Of a DNA stretch of 64,000 nt, positions 42,701-61,100 are shown in pieces. The position numbers and the translations under genes are program-made. Below the pieces are notes generated by a model. The model was not told where the DNA came from. It saw only the letters and a program-made list of their open reading frames with translations, and did no database searches. How positions within the stretch are numbered: position 1 is the stretch's first letter; each line of letters begins with the position of its first letter. Source of the stretch: Squalus acanthias (lineage: Eukaryota); assembly GCA_030390025.1 (NCBI GenBank), contig CM059433.1, forward strand, positions 29,886,001-29,950,000, written 5' to 3'.

Positions 42701-45700
42701 CAAAAATATACAACAACACAGAAATGTACAGCAACACAGAAATATATAACAACACAGAAATATACAAGAACACAGAAATATACCACAACACAGACATATA
42801 CAACAACACAGAAATATACAACACAGAAATGTAAAACAAAGAAATATACAACACAGAAATATACCACAACACAGAAATATTAAACAACACCGAAATATAC
42901 AATACAGGAATATGCCTGAAACCAGAGGTATATAACAACACAGAAATATGCAACAATGCTGAAATATACAACAACACTAAAATATACAACACAGAAATAT
43001 ACCACAACACAGACATATACAACACAGAACACTACCACCACACAGAAATATACAACACAGAAATATAGAACTCCACAGAAATATACAACACAGAAATATA
43101 CAATGCAGAAATATACCACAACACAGAAATATACAACAACACAGAAATATACAACACAGAAATACAACATGGAAATATTCAACACAGAAATATACCACAA
43201 CACAAAAATATACAACAACACAGTAATGTACAACAACACAGAAATATATAACAACACAGAAATGTACAACAACACAGAAATGTACAACAACACAGAAATA
43301 TATAACAACACAGAAATATACAACAACACAGAAATGTACAACAACAAAGAAATATATAACAACACAGAAATATACAACAACACAGAAATGTACAACAACA
43401 AAGAAATATATAACAACACAGAAATATACAACAACACTGAAATATACAACAACACAGAAATGTACAACAACACAGAAATATACAACAACACAGAAATATG
43501 CAACACAGAAATTTACAACAACACAGAAATATACCACAACACAGAAATATACAACACAGAACACTACCATCACACAGAAATATACAACACAGAAATATAG
43601 TACTACACCGAAATATACAACACAGAAATATAAAACAATGAAATATATAACACAGAAATATGCAACACAGAAATATACAACACAGAAATATACGACAACA
43701 CAGAAATATACAACACAGAACTCTACCATCACACAGAAATATATTACACAGAAATATAGAACTACACAGAAATATACAACACAGAAATATACAATGCAGA
43801 AATATACCGCAACACAGAAATATACAGCAACACAGAAATGAACAACAACACAGAAATATACCACAACACAAAAATATACAACAACACAGAAATGTACAGC
43901 AACACAGAAATATATAACAACACAGAAATATACAAGAACACAGAAATATACCACAACACAGAAATATACCACAACACAGAAATATACCACAACACTGAAA
44001 TATACAACACAGAAATGTAAAACAAAGAAATATACAACACAGAAATATACCACAACACAGAAATATACAACAACACAGAAATGTACAACAACACAGAAAT
44101 ATATAACATCACAGAAATATACAACAACACTGAAATATACAACACAGAAATATAAAACAATGAAATATATAACACAGAAATATGCAACACAGAAATATAC
44201 AACACAGAAATATACCACAACACAGAAATATACAACACAGAACTCTACCATCACACAGAAATATATTACACAGAAATATAGAACTACACAGAAATATACA
44301 ACACCGAAATATACAATGCAGAAATATACCGCAACACAGAAATATACAGCAACACAGAAATGAACAACAACACAGAAATATACCACAACACAAAAATATA
44401 CAACAACACAGAAATGTACAGCAACACAGAAATATATAACAACACAGAAATATACAAGAACACAGAAATATACCACAACACAGAAATATACCACAACACA
44501 GAAATATACAACAACACTGAAATATACAACACAGAAATGTAAAACAAAGAAATATACAACACAGAAATATACCACAACACAGAAATATACAACAACACAG
44601 AAATGTACAACAACACAGAAATATATAACAACACAGAAATATACAACAACACAGAAATGTACAACAACACATAAATATATAACAACACAGAAATATACAA
44701 CAACACTGAAATATACAACACAGAAATATAAAACAATGAAATATACAACACAGAAATATACAACACAGAAATATACAACACAGAAATATACCAAAACACA
44801 GACATATACAACACAGAACACTACCATCACACAGAAATATACAACACAGAAATATAGAACTACACCGAAATATACAACACAGAAATATACAATGCAGAAA
44901 TATACCACAACACAGAAATGTACAGCAACACTGAAATGAACAACAACACAGAAATATACCACAACACAAAAATATACAACACAGAAATGTACAACAACAC
45001 AGAAATATATAACAACACAGAAATATACAAGAACACAGAAATGTACCACAACACTGAAATATACAACACAGAAATATAAAACAAAGAAATATACAACTAC
45101 GTAAAAATATACAACACAGAAATATGGCACAACACAGAAACATACAACACAGAAATACAACACAGAAATATACAACACAGAAATATACCACAACACAGAA
45201 AAATACAACAACACAGAAATATACAACACAAAAATATACCACAACACAGAAATATACCAAAACAACACACAAATGTACAACAACACAGAAATATACCACA
45301 ACACAGCAATATATAATAACACAGAAATATTAAACAACACCAAAAAATACAACACAGAAATATACAACACAGAAATATACCTGAAACCAGAGATATGCAA
45401 CAATACATAAATATACCACAACACAGAAATATGCAACACAGAAATATGCAACACAGAAATGTACAACAACACTGAAATATACCACAACACAGCAACATAC
45501 AATAACACAGAAATATTAAACAACACCAAAGAATAAAACACAGAAAGATACAACACAGAAATATGCCTGAAAACAGAGATATACAACATCACAGAAATAT
45601 ACAACACAGAAATATACCACCACACAGAAATATACAAAAGCACAGAAATATACCACAACACAGAAATATACAACAACATGGAAATATAGAACAAGACAGA

Positions 45701-45974
45701 AATATACCACAATACAGAAAAATACAACAACAGAGAAACATACCACAACACAGAAATATACCACAAAACTGAAATATACAACAACACAGAAATGTACAAC
45801 AACACAGAAATATACAACAACACAGAATTATGCAACACAGAAATTTACAACAACACAGAAATATTAAACAACACCGAAATATACAACACAGGAATATGCC
45901 TGAAACCAGAGGTATATAACAACACAGAAATATGCAACAATGCTGAAATATACAACAACACTAAAATATACAAC

Positions 45975-48870
45975 ACAGAAATATACCACAACACAGACAT
46001 ATACAAGACAGAACACAACCACCACACAGAAATATACAACACAGAAATATAGAACTCCACAGAAATATACAACACAGAAATATACAATGCAGAAATATAC
46101 CACAACACAGAAATATACAACAACACAGAAATGTACAACAACACAGAAATATATAACAACACAGAAATATACAACAACACAGAAATGTACAACAACACAG
46201 AATAATATAACAACACAGAAATATACAACAACACAGAAATGTACAACAACAAAGAAATATATAACAACACAGAAATATACAACAACACAGAGATGTATAA
46301 CAACACAGAAATATATAACAACACAGAAATATACAACAACACAGAAATGTACAACAACACAGAATAATATAACAACACAGAAATATATAACAACACAGAA
46401 ATATACAACAACACAGAGATGTATAACAACACAGAAATATATAACAACACAGAAATATACAACAACACTGAAATATACAACAACACAGAAATATACAACA
46501 CAGAAATATGCAACACAGAAATTTACAACAACACAGAAATATTAAACAACACCGAAATATACAACACAGGAATATGCCTGAAACCAGAGGTATATAACAA
46601 CACAGAAAAATGCAACAATGCTGAAATATACAACAACACTAAAATATACAACACAGAAATATACCACAACACAGACATATACAACACAGAACACTACCAC
46701 CACACAGAAATATACAACACAGAAATATAGAACTCCACAGAAATATACAACACAGAAATATACAATGCAGAAATATACCACAACACAGAAATATACAACA
46801 ACACAGAAATATACAACACAGAAATACAACATGGAAATATTCAACACAGAAATATACCACAACACAAAAATATACAACAACACAGTAATGTACAACAACA
46901 CAGAAATATATAACAACACAGAAATGTACAACAACACAGAAATGTACAACAACACAGAAATATATAACAACACAGAAATATACAACAACACAGAAATGTA
47001 CAACAACAAAGAAATATATAACAACACAGAAATATACAACAACACAGAAATGTACAACAACACAGAAATATATATAACACAGAAATATACAACAACACTG
47101 AAATATACAACAACACAGAAATGTACAGCAACACAGAAATATACAACAACACAGAAATATGCAACACAGAAATTTACAACAACACAGAAATATACCACAA
47201 CACAGAAATATACAACACAGAAATGTACAACAACACAGAAATGTACAACAACACAGAAATATATAACATCACAGAAATATACAACAACACTGAAATATGC
47301 AACACAGAAATGTACAACAACACAGAAATGTACAACAACACAGAAATATATAACATCACAGAAATATACAACAACACTGAAATATACAACACAGAAATAT
47401 AAAACAATGAAATATATAACACAGAAATATACCACAACACAGACATATACAAGACAGAACACAACCACCACACAGAAATATACAACACAGAAATATAGAA
47501 CTCCACAGAAATATACAACACAGAAATATACAATGCAGAAATATACCACAACACAGAAATATACAACAACACAGAAATGTACAACAACACAGAAATATAT
47601 AACAACACAGAAATATACAACAACACAGAAATGTACAACAACACAGAATAATATAACAACACAGAAATATACAACAACACAGAAATGTACAACAACAAAG
47701 AAATATATAACAACACAGAAATATACAACAACACAGAGATGTATAACAACACAGAAATATATAACAACACAGAAATATACAACAACACAGAAATGTACAA
47801 CAACACAGAATAATATAACAACACAGAAATATATAACAACACAGAAATATACAACAACACAGAGATGTATAACAACACAGAAATATATAACAACACAGAA
47901 ATATACAACAACACTGAAATATACAACAACACAGAAATATACAACAACACAGAAATATGCAACACAGAAATTTACAACAACACAGAAATATTAAACAACA
48001 CCGAAATATACAACACAGGAATATGCCTGAAACCAGAGGTATATAACAACACAGAAAAATGCAACAATGCTGAAATATACAACAACACTAAAATATACAA
48101 CACAGAAATATACCACAACACAGACATATACAACACAGAACACTACCACCACACAGAAATATACAACACAGAAATATAGAACTCCACAGAAATATACAAC
48201 ACAGAAATATACAATGCAGAAATATACCACAACACAGAAATATACAACAACACAGAAATATACAACACAGAAATACAACATGGAAATATTCAACACAGAA
48301 ATATACCACAACACAAAAATATACAACAACACAGTAATGTACAACAACACAGAAATATATAACAACACAGAAATGTACAACAACACAGAAATGTACAACA
48401 ACACAGAAATATATAACAACACAGAAATATACAACAACACAGAAATGTACAACAACAAAGAAATATATAACAACACAGAAATATACAACAACACAGAAAT
48501 GTACAACAACACAGAAATATATATAACACAGAAATATACAACAACACTGAAATATACAACAACACAGAAATGTACAGCAACACAGAAATATACAACAACA
48601 CAGAAATATGCAACACAGAAATTTACAACAACACAGAAATATACCACAACACAGAAATATACAACACAGAAATGTACAACAACACAGAAATGTACAACAA
48701 CACAGAAATATATAACATCACAGAAATATACAACAACACTGAAATATGCAACACAGAAATGTACAACAACACAGAAATGTACAACAACACAGAAATATAT
48801 AACATCACAGAAATATACAACAACACTGAAATATACAACACAGAAATATAAAACAATGAAATATATAACA
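45975..48870 (+). repeat. Tandem duplication with ~1449-bp period
   Basis: ORF and landmark offsets 46618/48067, 46639/48088 and 47121/48570. Shared private variants GAATAATATA and GAGATGTATA. Ends are approximate. Confidence 0.88.
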
Positions 48871-51800
48871 CAGAAATATGCAACACAGAAATATACAACA
48901 CAGAAATATACCACAACACAGAAATATACAACACAGAACTCTACCATCACACAGAAATATATTACACAGAAATATAGAACTACACAGAAATATACAACAC
49001 AGAAATATACAATGCAGAAATATACCGCAACACAGAAATATACAGCAACACAGAAATGAACAACAACACAGAAATATACCACAACACAAAAATATACAAC
49101 AACACAGAAATGTACAGCAACACAGAAATATATAACAACACAGAAATATACAAGAACACAGAAATATACCACAACACAGAAATATATCACAACACAGAAA
49201 TATACCACAACTCTGAAATATACAACACAGAAATGTAAAACAAAGAAATATACAACACAGAAATATACCACAACACAGAAATATACAACAACACAGAAAT
49301 GTACAACAACACAGAAATATATAACATCACAGAAATATACAACAACACTGAAATATACAACACAGAAATATAAAACAATGAAATATATAACACAGAAATA
49401 TGCAACACAGAAATATACAACACAGAAATATACCACAACACAGAAATATACAACACAGAACTCTACCATCACACAGAAATATATTACACAGAAATATAGA
49501 ACTACACAGAAATATACAATGCAGAAATATACCGCAACACAGAAATATACAGCAACACAGAAATGAACAACAACACAGAAATATACCACAACACAAAAAT
49601 ATACAACAACACAGAAATGTACAGCAACACAGAAATATATAACAACACAGAAATATACAAGAACACAGAAATATACCACAACACAGAAATATACCACAAC
49701 ACAGAAATATACCACAACACTGAAATATACAACACAGAAATGTAAATCAAAGAAATATACAACACAGAAATATACCACAACACAGAAATATACAACAACA
49801 CAGAAATGTACAACAACACAGAAATATATAACAACACAGAAATATACAACAACACTGAAATATACAACACAGAAATATAAAACAATGAAATATATAACAC
49901 AGAAATATACAACACAGAAATATACAACACAGAAATATACCAAAACACAGACATATACAACACAGAACACTACCATCACACAGAAATATACAACACAGAA
50001 ATATAGAACTACACCAAAATATACAACACAGAAATATACAATGCAGAAATATACCACAACACAGAAATATACAGCAACACAGAAATGAACAACAACACAG
50101 AAATATACCACAACACACAAATATACCACAACACTGAAATATACAACACAGAAATGTAAAACAAAGAAATATACAACACAGAAATATACCACAACACAGA
50201 AATATACAACAACACAGAAATGTACAACAACACAGAAATATATAACATCACAGAAATATACAACAACACTGAAATATACAACACAGAAATATAAAACAAT
50301 GAAATATATAACACAGAAATATGCAACACAGAAATATACAACACAGAAATATACCACAACACAGAAATATACAACACAGAACTCTACCATCACACAGAAA
50401 TATATTACACAGAAATATAGAACTACACAGAAATATACAACACAGAAATATACAATGCAGAAATATACCGCAACACAGAAATATACAGCAACACAGAAAT
50501 GAACAACAACACAGAAATATACCACAACACAAAAATATACAACAACACAGAAATGTACAGCAACACAGAAATATATAACAACACAGAAATATACAAGAAC
50601 ACAGAAATATACCACAACACAGAAATATACCACAACACAGAAATATACCACAACACTGAAATATACAACACAGAAATGTAAAACAAAGAAATATACAACA
50701 CAGAAATATACCACAACACAGAAATATACAACAACACAGAAATGTACAACAACACTGAAATATACAACACAGAAATATAAAACAATGAAATATATAACAC
50801 AGAAATATACAACACAAAAATATACAACACAGAAATATACCAAAACACAGACATATACAACACAGAACACTACCATCACACAGAAATATACAACACAGAA
50901 ATATAGAACTACACCAAAATATACAACACAGAAATATGCAATGCAGAAATATACCACAACACACAAATATACAGCAACACAGAAATGAACAACAACACAG
51001 AAATATACCACAACACAAAAATATACAACACAGAAATGTACAACAACACAGAAATATATAACAACACAGAAATATACAAGAACACAGAAATGTACCACAA
51101 CACTGAAATATACAACACAGAAATATAAAACAAAGAAATATACAACTACGTAAAAATATACAACACAGAAATATGCCACAACACAGAAACATACAACACA
51201 GAAATAAAACACAGAAATATACAACACAGAAATATACCTCAACACAGAAAAATACAACAACACAGAAATATACAACACAAAAATATACCACAACACAGAA
51301 ATATACAAAAACAACACATCAATGTACAACAACACAGAAATATACCACAACACAGAAATGTACAACAACACAGAAATATACAACAACACAGAAATATGCA
51401 ACACAGAAATTTACAACAACACAGAAATATTAAACAACACCGAAATATACAGCACAGGAATATGCCTGAAACCAGAGGTATATAACAACACAGAAATAGG
51501 CAACAATGCTGAAATATACAACAACACTAAAATATACAACACAGAAATATACCACAACACGGAAATATACAATACAGAACACTACCATCACACAGAAATA
51601 TACAACACAGAAATATACAACACAGAAATACAACATGGAAATATTCAACACAGAAATATACCACAACACAAAAATATACAACAACACAGAAATGTACAAC
51701 AACACAGAAATATATAACAACACAGAAATATACAACAACACAGAAATGTACAACAACACAGAAATATATAACATCACAGAAATATACAACAACACTGAAA

Positions 51801-53332
51801 TATACAACACAAAAATATAAAACAATGAAATATATAACAATGAAATATGCAACACAGAAATATACAACACAGAACTCTACCATCACACAGAAATATATTA
51901 CACAGAAATATAGAACTACACAGAAATATACAACACAGAAATATACAATGCAGAAATATACCGCAACACAGAAATATACAGCAACACAGAAATGAAAAAC
52001 AACACAGAAATATACCACAAGACAAAAATATACAACAACACAGAAATGTACAGCAACACAGAAATATATAACAACACAGAAATATACAAGAACACAGAAA
52101 TATACCACAACACAGAAATATACCACAACACAGAAATATACCACAACACTGAAATATACAACACAGAAATGTAAAACAAAGAAATATACAACACAGAAAT
52201 ATACCACAACACAGAAATATACAACAACACAGAAAGGTACAACAACACAGAAATATATAACAACACAGAAATATACAACAATACAGAAATGTACAACAAC
52301 ACATAAATATATAACAACACAGAAATATACAACAACACTGAAATATACAACACAGAAATATAAAACAATGAAATATATAACACAGAAATATACAACACAG
52401 AAATATACAACACAGAAATATACCAAAACACAGACATATACAACACAGAACACTACCATCACACAGAAATATACAACACAGAAATATAGAACTACACCGA
52501 AATATACAACACAGAAATATACAATGCAGAAATATACCACAACACAGAAATGTACAGCAACACTGAAATGAACAACAACACAGAAATATACCACAACACA
52601 AAAATATACAACACAGAAATGTACAACAACACAGAAATATACCACAACACAGAAATATACCACAACACTGAAATATACAACACAGAAATGTAAAACAAAG
52701 AAATATACAACACAGAAATATACCACAACACAGAAATATACAACAACACAGAAATGTACAACAACACAGAAATATATAACATCACAGAAATACAACACAG
52801 AAATATACAACACAGAAATATAAAACAACACAGAAAAATACAACAACACAGAAATATACAACACAAAAATATACCACAACACAGAAATATACAAAAACAA
52901 CACATAAATGTACAACAACACAGAAATATACCACAACACAGCAATATATAATAACACAGAAATATTAAACAACACCAAAAAATACAACACAGAAATATAC
53001 AACACAGAAATATACCTGAAACCAGAGATATGCAACAATACATAAATATACCACAACACAGAAATATGCAACACAGAAATATGCAACACAGAAATGTACA
53101 ACAACACTGAAATATACCACAACACAGCAACATACAATAACACAGAAATATTAAACAACACCAAAGACTAAAACACAGAAAGATACAACACAGAAATATG
53201 CCTGAAAACAGAGATATACAACATCACAGAAATATACAACACAGAAATATACCACCACACAGAAATACACAAAAGCACAGAAATATACCACAACACAGAA
53301 ATATACAACAACATGGAAATATAGAACAAGAC

Positions 53333-53532
53333 NNNNNNNNNNNNNNNNNNNNNNNNNNNNNNNNNNNNNNNNNNNNNNNNNNNNNNNNNNNNNNNNNNNN
53401 NNNNNNNNNNNNNNNNNNNNNNNNNNNNNNNNNNNNNNNNNNNNNNNNNNNNNNNNNNNNNNNNNNNNNNNNNNNNNNNNNNNNNNNNNNNNNNNNNNNN
53501 NNNNNNNNNNNNNNNNNNNNNNNNNNNNNNNN
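53333..53532. other. Assembly gap (200 N)
   Basis: A run of exactly 200 N, i.e. a fixed-size scaffold gap; the true distance is unknown. Confidence 0.99.
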
Positions 53533-56500
53533 AGAAATATACAGCAACACAGAAATATATAACAACACAGAAATATACAACAACACAGAAATGTACAGCA
53601 ACACAGAAATATATAACAACACAGAAATATACCACAACACAGAAATATATAACAACACAGAAATGTACAGCAACACAGAAATATATAACAACACAGAAAT
53701 ATACCACAACACAGAAATATACCACAACACAGAAATATACCACAACACAGAAATATACCACAACACAGAAATATACCACAACACAGAAATATACCACAAC
53801 ACTGAAATATACAACACAGAAATATAAAACAAAAGAAATATACAACACAGAAATATACCACAACACAGAAATATACAACAACACAGAAATATATAACAAC
53901 ACAGAAATATACAACAACACAGAAATGTACAACAACACATAAATATATAACAACACAGAAATATACAACAACACTAAAATATACAACACAGAAATATACC
54001 ACAACACAGACATATACAACACAGAACACTACCACCACACAGAAATATACAACACAGAAATATAGAACTCCACAGAAATATACAACACAGAAATATACAA
54101 TGCAGAAATATACCACAACACAGAAATATACAACAACACAGAAATATACAACACAGAAATACAACATGGAAATATTCAACACAGAAATATACCACAACAC
54201 AAAAATATACAACAACACAGTAATGTACAACAACACAGAAATATATAACAACACAGAAATATACAACAACACAGAAATGTACAACACAGAAATATATAAC
54301 AACACAGAAATATACAACAACACAGAAATGTACAACAACAAAGAAATATATAACAACACAGAAATATACAACAACACAGAAATGTACAACAACACAGAAA
54401 TATATAACAACACAGAAATATACAACAACACTGAAATATACAACACAGAAATATAAAACAATGAAATATATAACACAGAAATATACAACACAGAAATATA
54501 CAACACAGAAATATACAACACAGAAATATACCAAAACACAGACATATACAACACAGAACACTACCATCACACAGAAATAGACAACACAGAAATATAGAAC
54601 TACACAGAAATATACAACACAGAAATATACAACACAGAAATATACAACAACACTGAAATATACAACACAGAAATATAAAACAAAGAAATATACAACACAT
54701 AAATATACCAAAACACTGAAATATACAACACAGAAATATAAAACAACGAAATATACAATACATAAATATACCACAACACATAAATATACCACAACACAGA
54801 AATATGCAACACAGAAATATGCAACACAGAAATGTACAACAACACTGAAATATACCACAACACAGCAACATACAATAACACAGAAATATACAACACAGAA
54901 CACTACCATCACACAGAAATATACAACACAGAAATATAGAACTACACAGAAATATACAACACAGAAATATACAATGCAGAAATATACCACAACACAGAAA
55001 TATACAACAACACAGAAATATACAACACAGAAATACAACATTGGAATATTCAACACAGAAATATACCACAACACAAAAATATACAACAACACAGAAATAT
55101 ACAACAACACAGAAATATATAACAACACAGAAATATACAACAACACAGAAATGTACAACAACACAGAAATATATAACATCACAGAAATATACAACAACAC
55201 TGAAAATACAACACAGAAATATAAAACAATGAAATATATAACACAGAAATATACAACACAGAAATATACAACACAGAAATATACCACAACACAGAAATAT
55301 ACAACACAGAACTCTACCATCAAACAGAAATATATTACACAGAAATATAGAACTACACAGAAATATACAACACAGAAATATACAATGCAGAAATATACCG
55401 CAACACAGAAATATACAGCAACACAGAAATGAACAACACAGAAATATACCACAACACAAAAAAATACAACAACACAGAAATGTACAGCAACACAGAAATA
55501 TATAACAACACAGAAATACACAAGAACACAGAAATATACCACAACACAGAAATATACCACAACACAGAAATATACCACAACACTGAAATATACAACACAG
55601 AAATATAAAACAAAATAAATATACAACACAGAAATATACCACAACACAGAAATATACAACAACACAGAAATATATAACAACACAGAAATATACAACAACA
55701 CAGAAATGTACAACAACACATAAATATATAACAACACAGAAATATACAACAACACTGAAATATACAACACAGAAATATAAAACAATGAAATATATAACAC
55801 AGAAATATACAACACAGAAATATACAACACAGAAATATACCAAAACACAGACATATACAACACAGAACACTACCATCACACAGAAATATACAACACAGAA
55901 ATATAGAACTACACCGAAATATACAACACAGAAATATACAATGCAGAAATATACCACAACACAGAAATGTACAGCAACACTGAAATGAACAACAACACAG
56001 AAATATACCACAACACAAAAATATACAACACAGAAATGTACAACAACACAGAAATATACCACAACACAGAAATATACCACAACACTGAAATATACAACAC
56101 AGAAATGTAAAACAAAGAAATATACAACACAGAAATATACCACAACACAGAAATATACAACAACACAGAAATGTACAACAACACAGAAATATATAACATC
56201 ACAGAAATACAACACAGAAATATACAACACAGAAATATAAAACAGCACAGAAAAATACAACAACACAGAAATATACAACACAAAAATATACCACAACACA
56301 GAAATATACAAAAACAACACATAAATGTACAACAACACAGAAATATACCACAACACAGCAATATATAATAACACAGAAATATTAAACAACACCAAAAAAT
56401 ACAACACAGAAATATACAACACAGAAATATACCTGAAACCAGAGATATGCAACAATACATAAATATACCACAACACAGAAATATGCAACACAGAAATATG

Positions 56501-58189
56501 CAACACAGAAATGTACAACAACACTGAAATATACCACAACACAGCAACATACAATAACACAGAAATATTAAACAACACCAAAGAATAAAACACAGAAAGA
56601 TACAACACAGAAATATGCCTGAAAACAGAGATATACAACATCACAGAAATATACAACACAGAAATATACCACCACACAGAAATACACAAAAGCACAGAAA
56701 TATACCACAACACAGAAATATACAACAACATGGAAATATAGAACAAGACAGAAATATACCACAATACAGAAAAATACAACAACAGAGAAACATACCACAA
56801 CACAGAAATATACCACAATACTGAAATATACAACAACACAGAAATGTACAACAACACAGAAATATACAACAACACAGAATTATGCAACACAGAAATTTAC
56901 AACAACACAGAAATATTAAACAACACCGAAATATACAACACAGGAATATGCCTGAAACCAGAGGTATATAACAACACAGAAATATGCAACAATGCTGAAA
57001 TATACAACAACACTAAAATATACAACACAGAAATATACCACAACACAGACATATACAAGACAGAACACAACCACCACACAGAAATATACAACACAGAAAT
57101 ATAGAACTCCACAGAAATATACAACACAGAAATATACAATGCAGAAATATACCACAACACAGAAATATACAACAACACAGAAATATACAACACAGAAATA
57201 CAACATGGAAATATTCAACACAGAAATATACCACAACACAAAAATATACAACAACACAGTAATGTACAACAACACAGAAATATATAACAACACAGAAATA
57301 TACAACAACACAGAAATGTACAACAACAAAGAAATATATAACAACACAGAAATATACAACAACACAGAAATGTACAACAACACAGAAATATATAACAACA
57401 CAGAAATATACAACAACACTGAAATATACAACACAGAAATATAAAACAATGAAATATATAACACAGAAATATACAACACAGAAATATACAACACAGAAAT
57501 ATACAACACAGAAATATACCAAAACACAGACATATACAACACAGAACACTACCATCACACAGAAATAGACAACACAGAAATATAGAACTACACAGAAATA
57601 TACAACACAGAAATATACAACACAGAAATATACAACAACACTGAAATGTACAACACAGAAATATAAAACAAAGAAATATACAACACATAAATATACCAAA
57701 ACACTGAAATATACAACACAGAAATATAAAACAACGAAATATACAATACATAAATATACCACAACACATAAATATACCACAACACAGAAATATGCAACAC
57801 AGAAATATGCAACACAGAAATGTACAACAACACTGAAATATACCACAACACAGCAACATACAATAACACAGAAATATACAACACAGAACACTACCATCAC
57901 ACAGAAATATACAACACAGAAATATAGAACTACACAGAAATATACAACACAGAAATATACAATGCAGAAATATACCACAACACAGAAATATACAACAACA
58001 CAGAAATATACAACACAGAAATACAACATTGGAATATTCAACACAGAAATATACCACAACACAAAAATATACAACAACACAGAAATATACAACAACACAG
58101 AAATATATAACAACACAGAAATATACAACAACACAGAAATGTACAACAACACAGAAATATATAACATCACAGAAATATACAACAACACT

Positions 58190-61100
58190 GAAAATACAAC
58201 ACAGAAATATAAAACAATGAAATATATAACACAGAAATATACAACACAGAAATATACAACACAGAAATATACCACAACACAGAAATATACAACACAGAAC
58301 TCTACCATCAAACAGAAATATATTACACAGAAATATAGAACTACACAGAAATATACAACACAGAAATATACAATGCAGAAATATACCGCAACACAGAAAT
58401 ATACAGCAACACAGAAATGAACAACACAGAAATATACCACAACACAAAAAAATACAACAACACAGAAATGTACAGCAACACAGAAATATATAACAACACA
58501 GAAATATACCACAACACAGAAATATACCACAACACAGAAATATACCACAACACAGAAATATACCACAACACAGAAATATACCACAACACTGAAATATACA
58601 ACACAGAAATATAAAACAAAAGAAATATACAACACAGAAATATACCACAACACAGAAATATACAACAACACAGAAATATATAACAACACAGAAATATACA
58701 ACAACACAGAAATGTACAACAACACATAAATATATAACAACACAGAAATATACAACAACACTGAAATATACAACACAGAAATATAAAACAATGAAATATA
58801 AAACACAGAAATATACAACACAGAAATATACAACATAGAAATATACCAAAACACAGACATATACAACACAGAACACTACCATCACACAGAAATATACAAC
58901 ACAGAAATATAGAACTACACCGAAATATACAACACAGAAATATACAATGCAGAAATATACCACAACACAGAAATATACAGCAACACAGAAATGAACAACA
59001 ACACAGAAATATACCACAACACAAAAATATACAACACAGAAATGTACAACAACACAGAAATATATCACAACACTGAAATATACAACACAGAAATATAAAA
59101 CAAATAAATATACAACACAGAAATATACCACAACACAGAAAAAGACAATAAGACTGAAATATACCACAAAACAGAAATATACAACACAGAAATATACCAC
59201 AACACAGAAATATACAACAACACAGAAATATACAACAACAAAGAAATATACAACAACACTGAAATATACCACAACACAGAAATGTACATCAACACAGAAA
59301 TATTCCACACAGGTATATACCACAACACCTAAATATACCACAACAGAGAAATATACAACACAGAACTATACCATCACACAGAAATATACAACACAGAAAT
59401 ATACATCAACGCAGAAATATACCACAACACAGAAATATACAACAACACAGAAATATACAACAAAGAAATATACAACACAGAAATATACCACAACACAGAC
59501 ATATACAACAATGCAGAAATATACAACACTGAAATATACAACACAGAAATATAAAACAATGAAATATATAACACAGAAATATACAACACAGAAATATACC
59601 ACAACACAGAAATATACAACACAGAAATATACCAAAACAAAGACATATACAACACAGAACACTACCATCACACAGAAATATACAACACAGAAATATAGAA
59701 CTACACCAAAATATACAACACAGAAATATACAATGCAGAAATATACCACAACACAGAAATATACAGCAACACAGAAATGAACAACAACACAGAAATATAC
59801 CACAACACAAAAATATACAACACAGAAATGTACAACAACACAGAAATATATAACAACACAGAAATATACAAGAACACAGAAATGTACCACAACACAGAAA
59901 TATACCACAACACAGAAATATACAACACAGAACACTACCATCACACAGAAATATACAACACAGAAATATAGAACTACGCAGAAATATACAACACAGAAAT
60001 ATACAATGCAGAAATATACCACAACACAGAAATATACAACAACACAGAAATATACCACAACACAAAAATATACAACAACACAGAAATGTACAGCAACACA
60101 GAAATATACCACAACACAGAAATATACCACAACACTGAAATATACAGCACAGAAATGTAAAACAAAGAAATATACAACACAGAAATATACAACAACACAG
60201 AAATGTACAACAACACAGAAATATATAACAACACAGAAATATACAACAACACAGAAATGTACAACAACACATAAATATATAACAACACAGAAATATACAA
60301 CAACACTGAAATATACAACACAGAAATATAAAGCAATGAAATATATAACACAGAAATATACAACACAGAAATATACAACACAGAAATATACCAAAACACA
60401 GACATATACAACACAGAACACTACCATCACACAGAAATATACAACACAGAAATATAGAACTACGCCAAAATATACAACACAGAAATATACAATGCAGAAA
60501 TATACCACAACACAGAAATATACAGCAACACAGAACTGAACAACAACACAGAAATATACCACAACACAAAAATATACAACACAGAAATGTACAACAACAC
60601 AGAAATATATAACAACACAGAAATATACAAGAACACAGAAATGTACCACAACACTGAAATATACAACACAGAAATATAAAACAAAGAAATATACAACTAC
60701 GCAAAAATATACAACACAGAAATATGCCACAACACAGAAACATACAACACAGAAATACAACACAGAAATATACAACACAGAAATATACCACAACACAGAA
60801 AAATACAACAACACAGAAATATACAACACAAAAATATACCACAACACAGAAATATACCACAACACAGCAATATATAATAACACAGAAATATTAAACAACA
60901 CCAAAAAATACATCACAGAAATATACAACACAGAAATATACCTGAAACCAGAGATATGCAACAATACATAAATATACCACAACACAGAAATATGCAACAC
61001 AGAAATATACCACAACACAGAAAAATACAACAACACAGAAATATACAACACAAAAATATACCACAACACAGAAATATACCACAACACAGCAATATATAAT

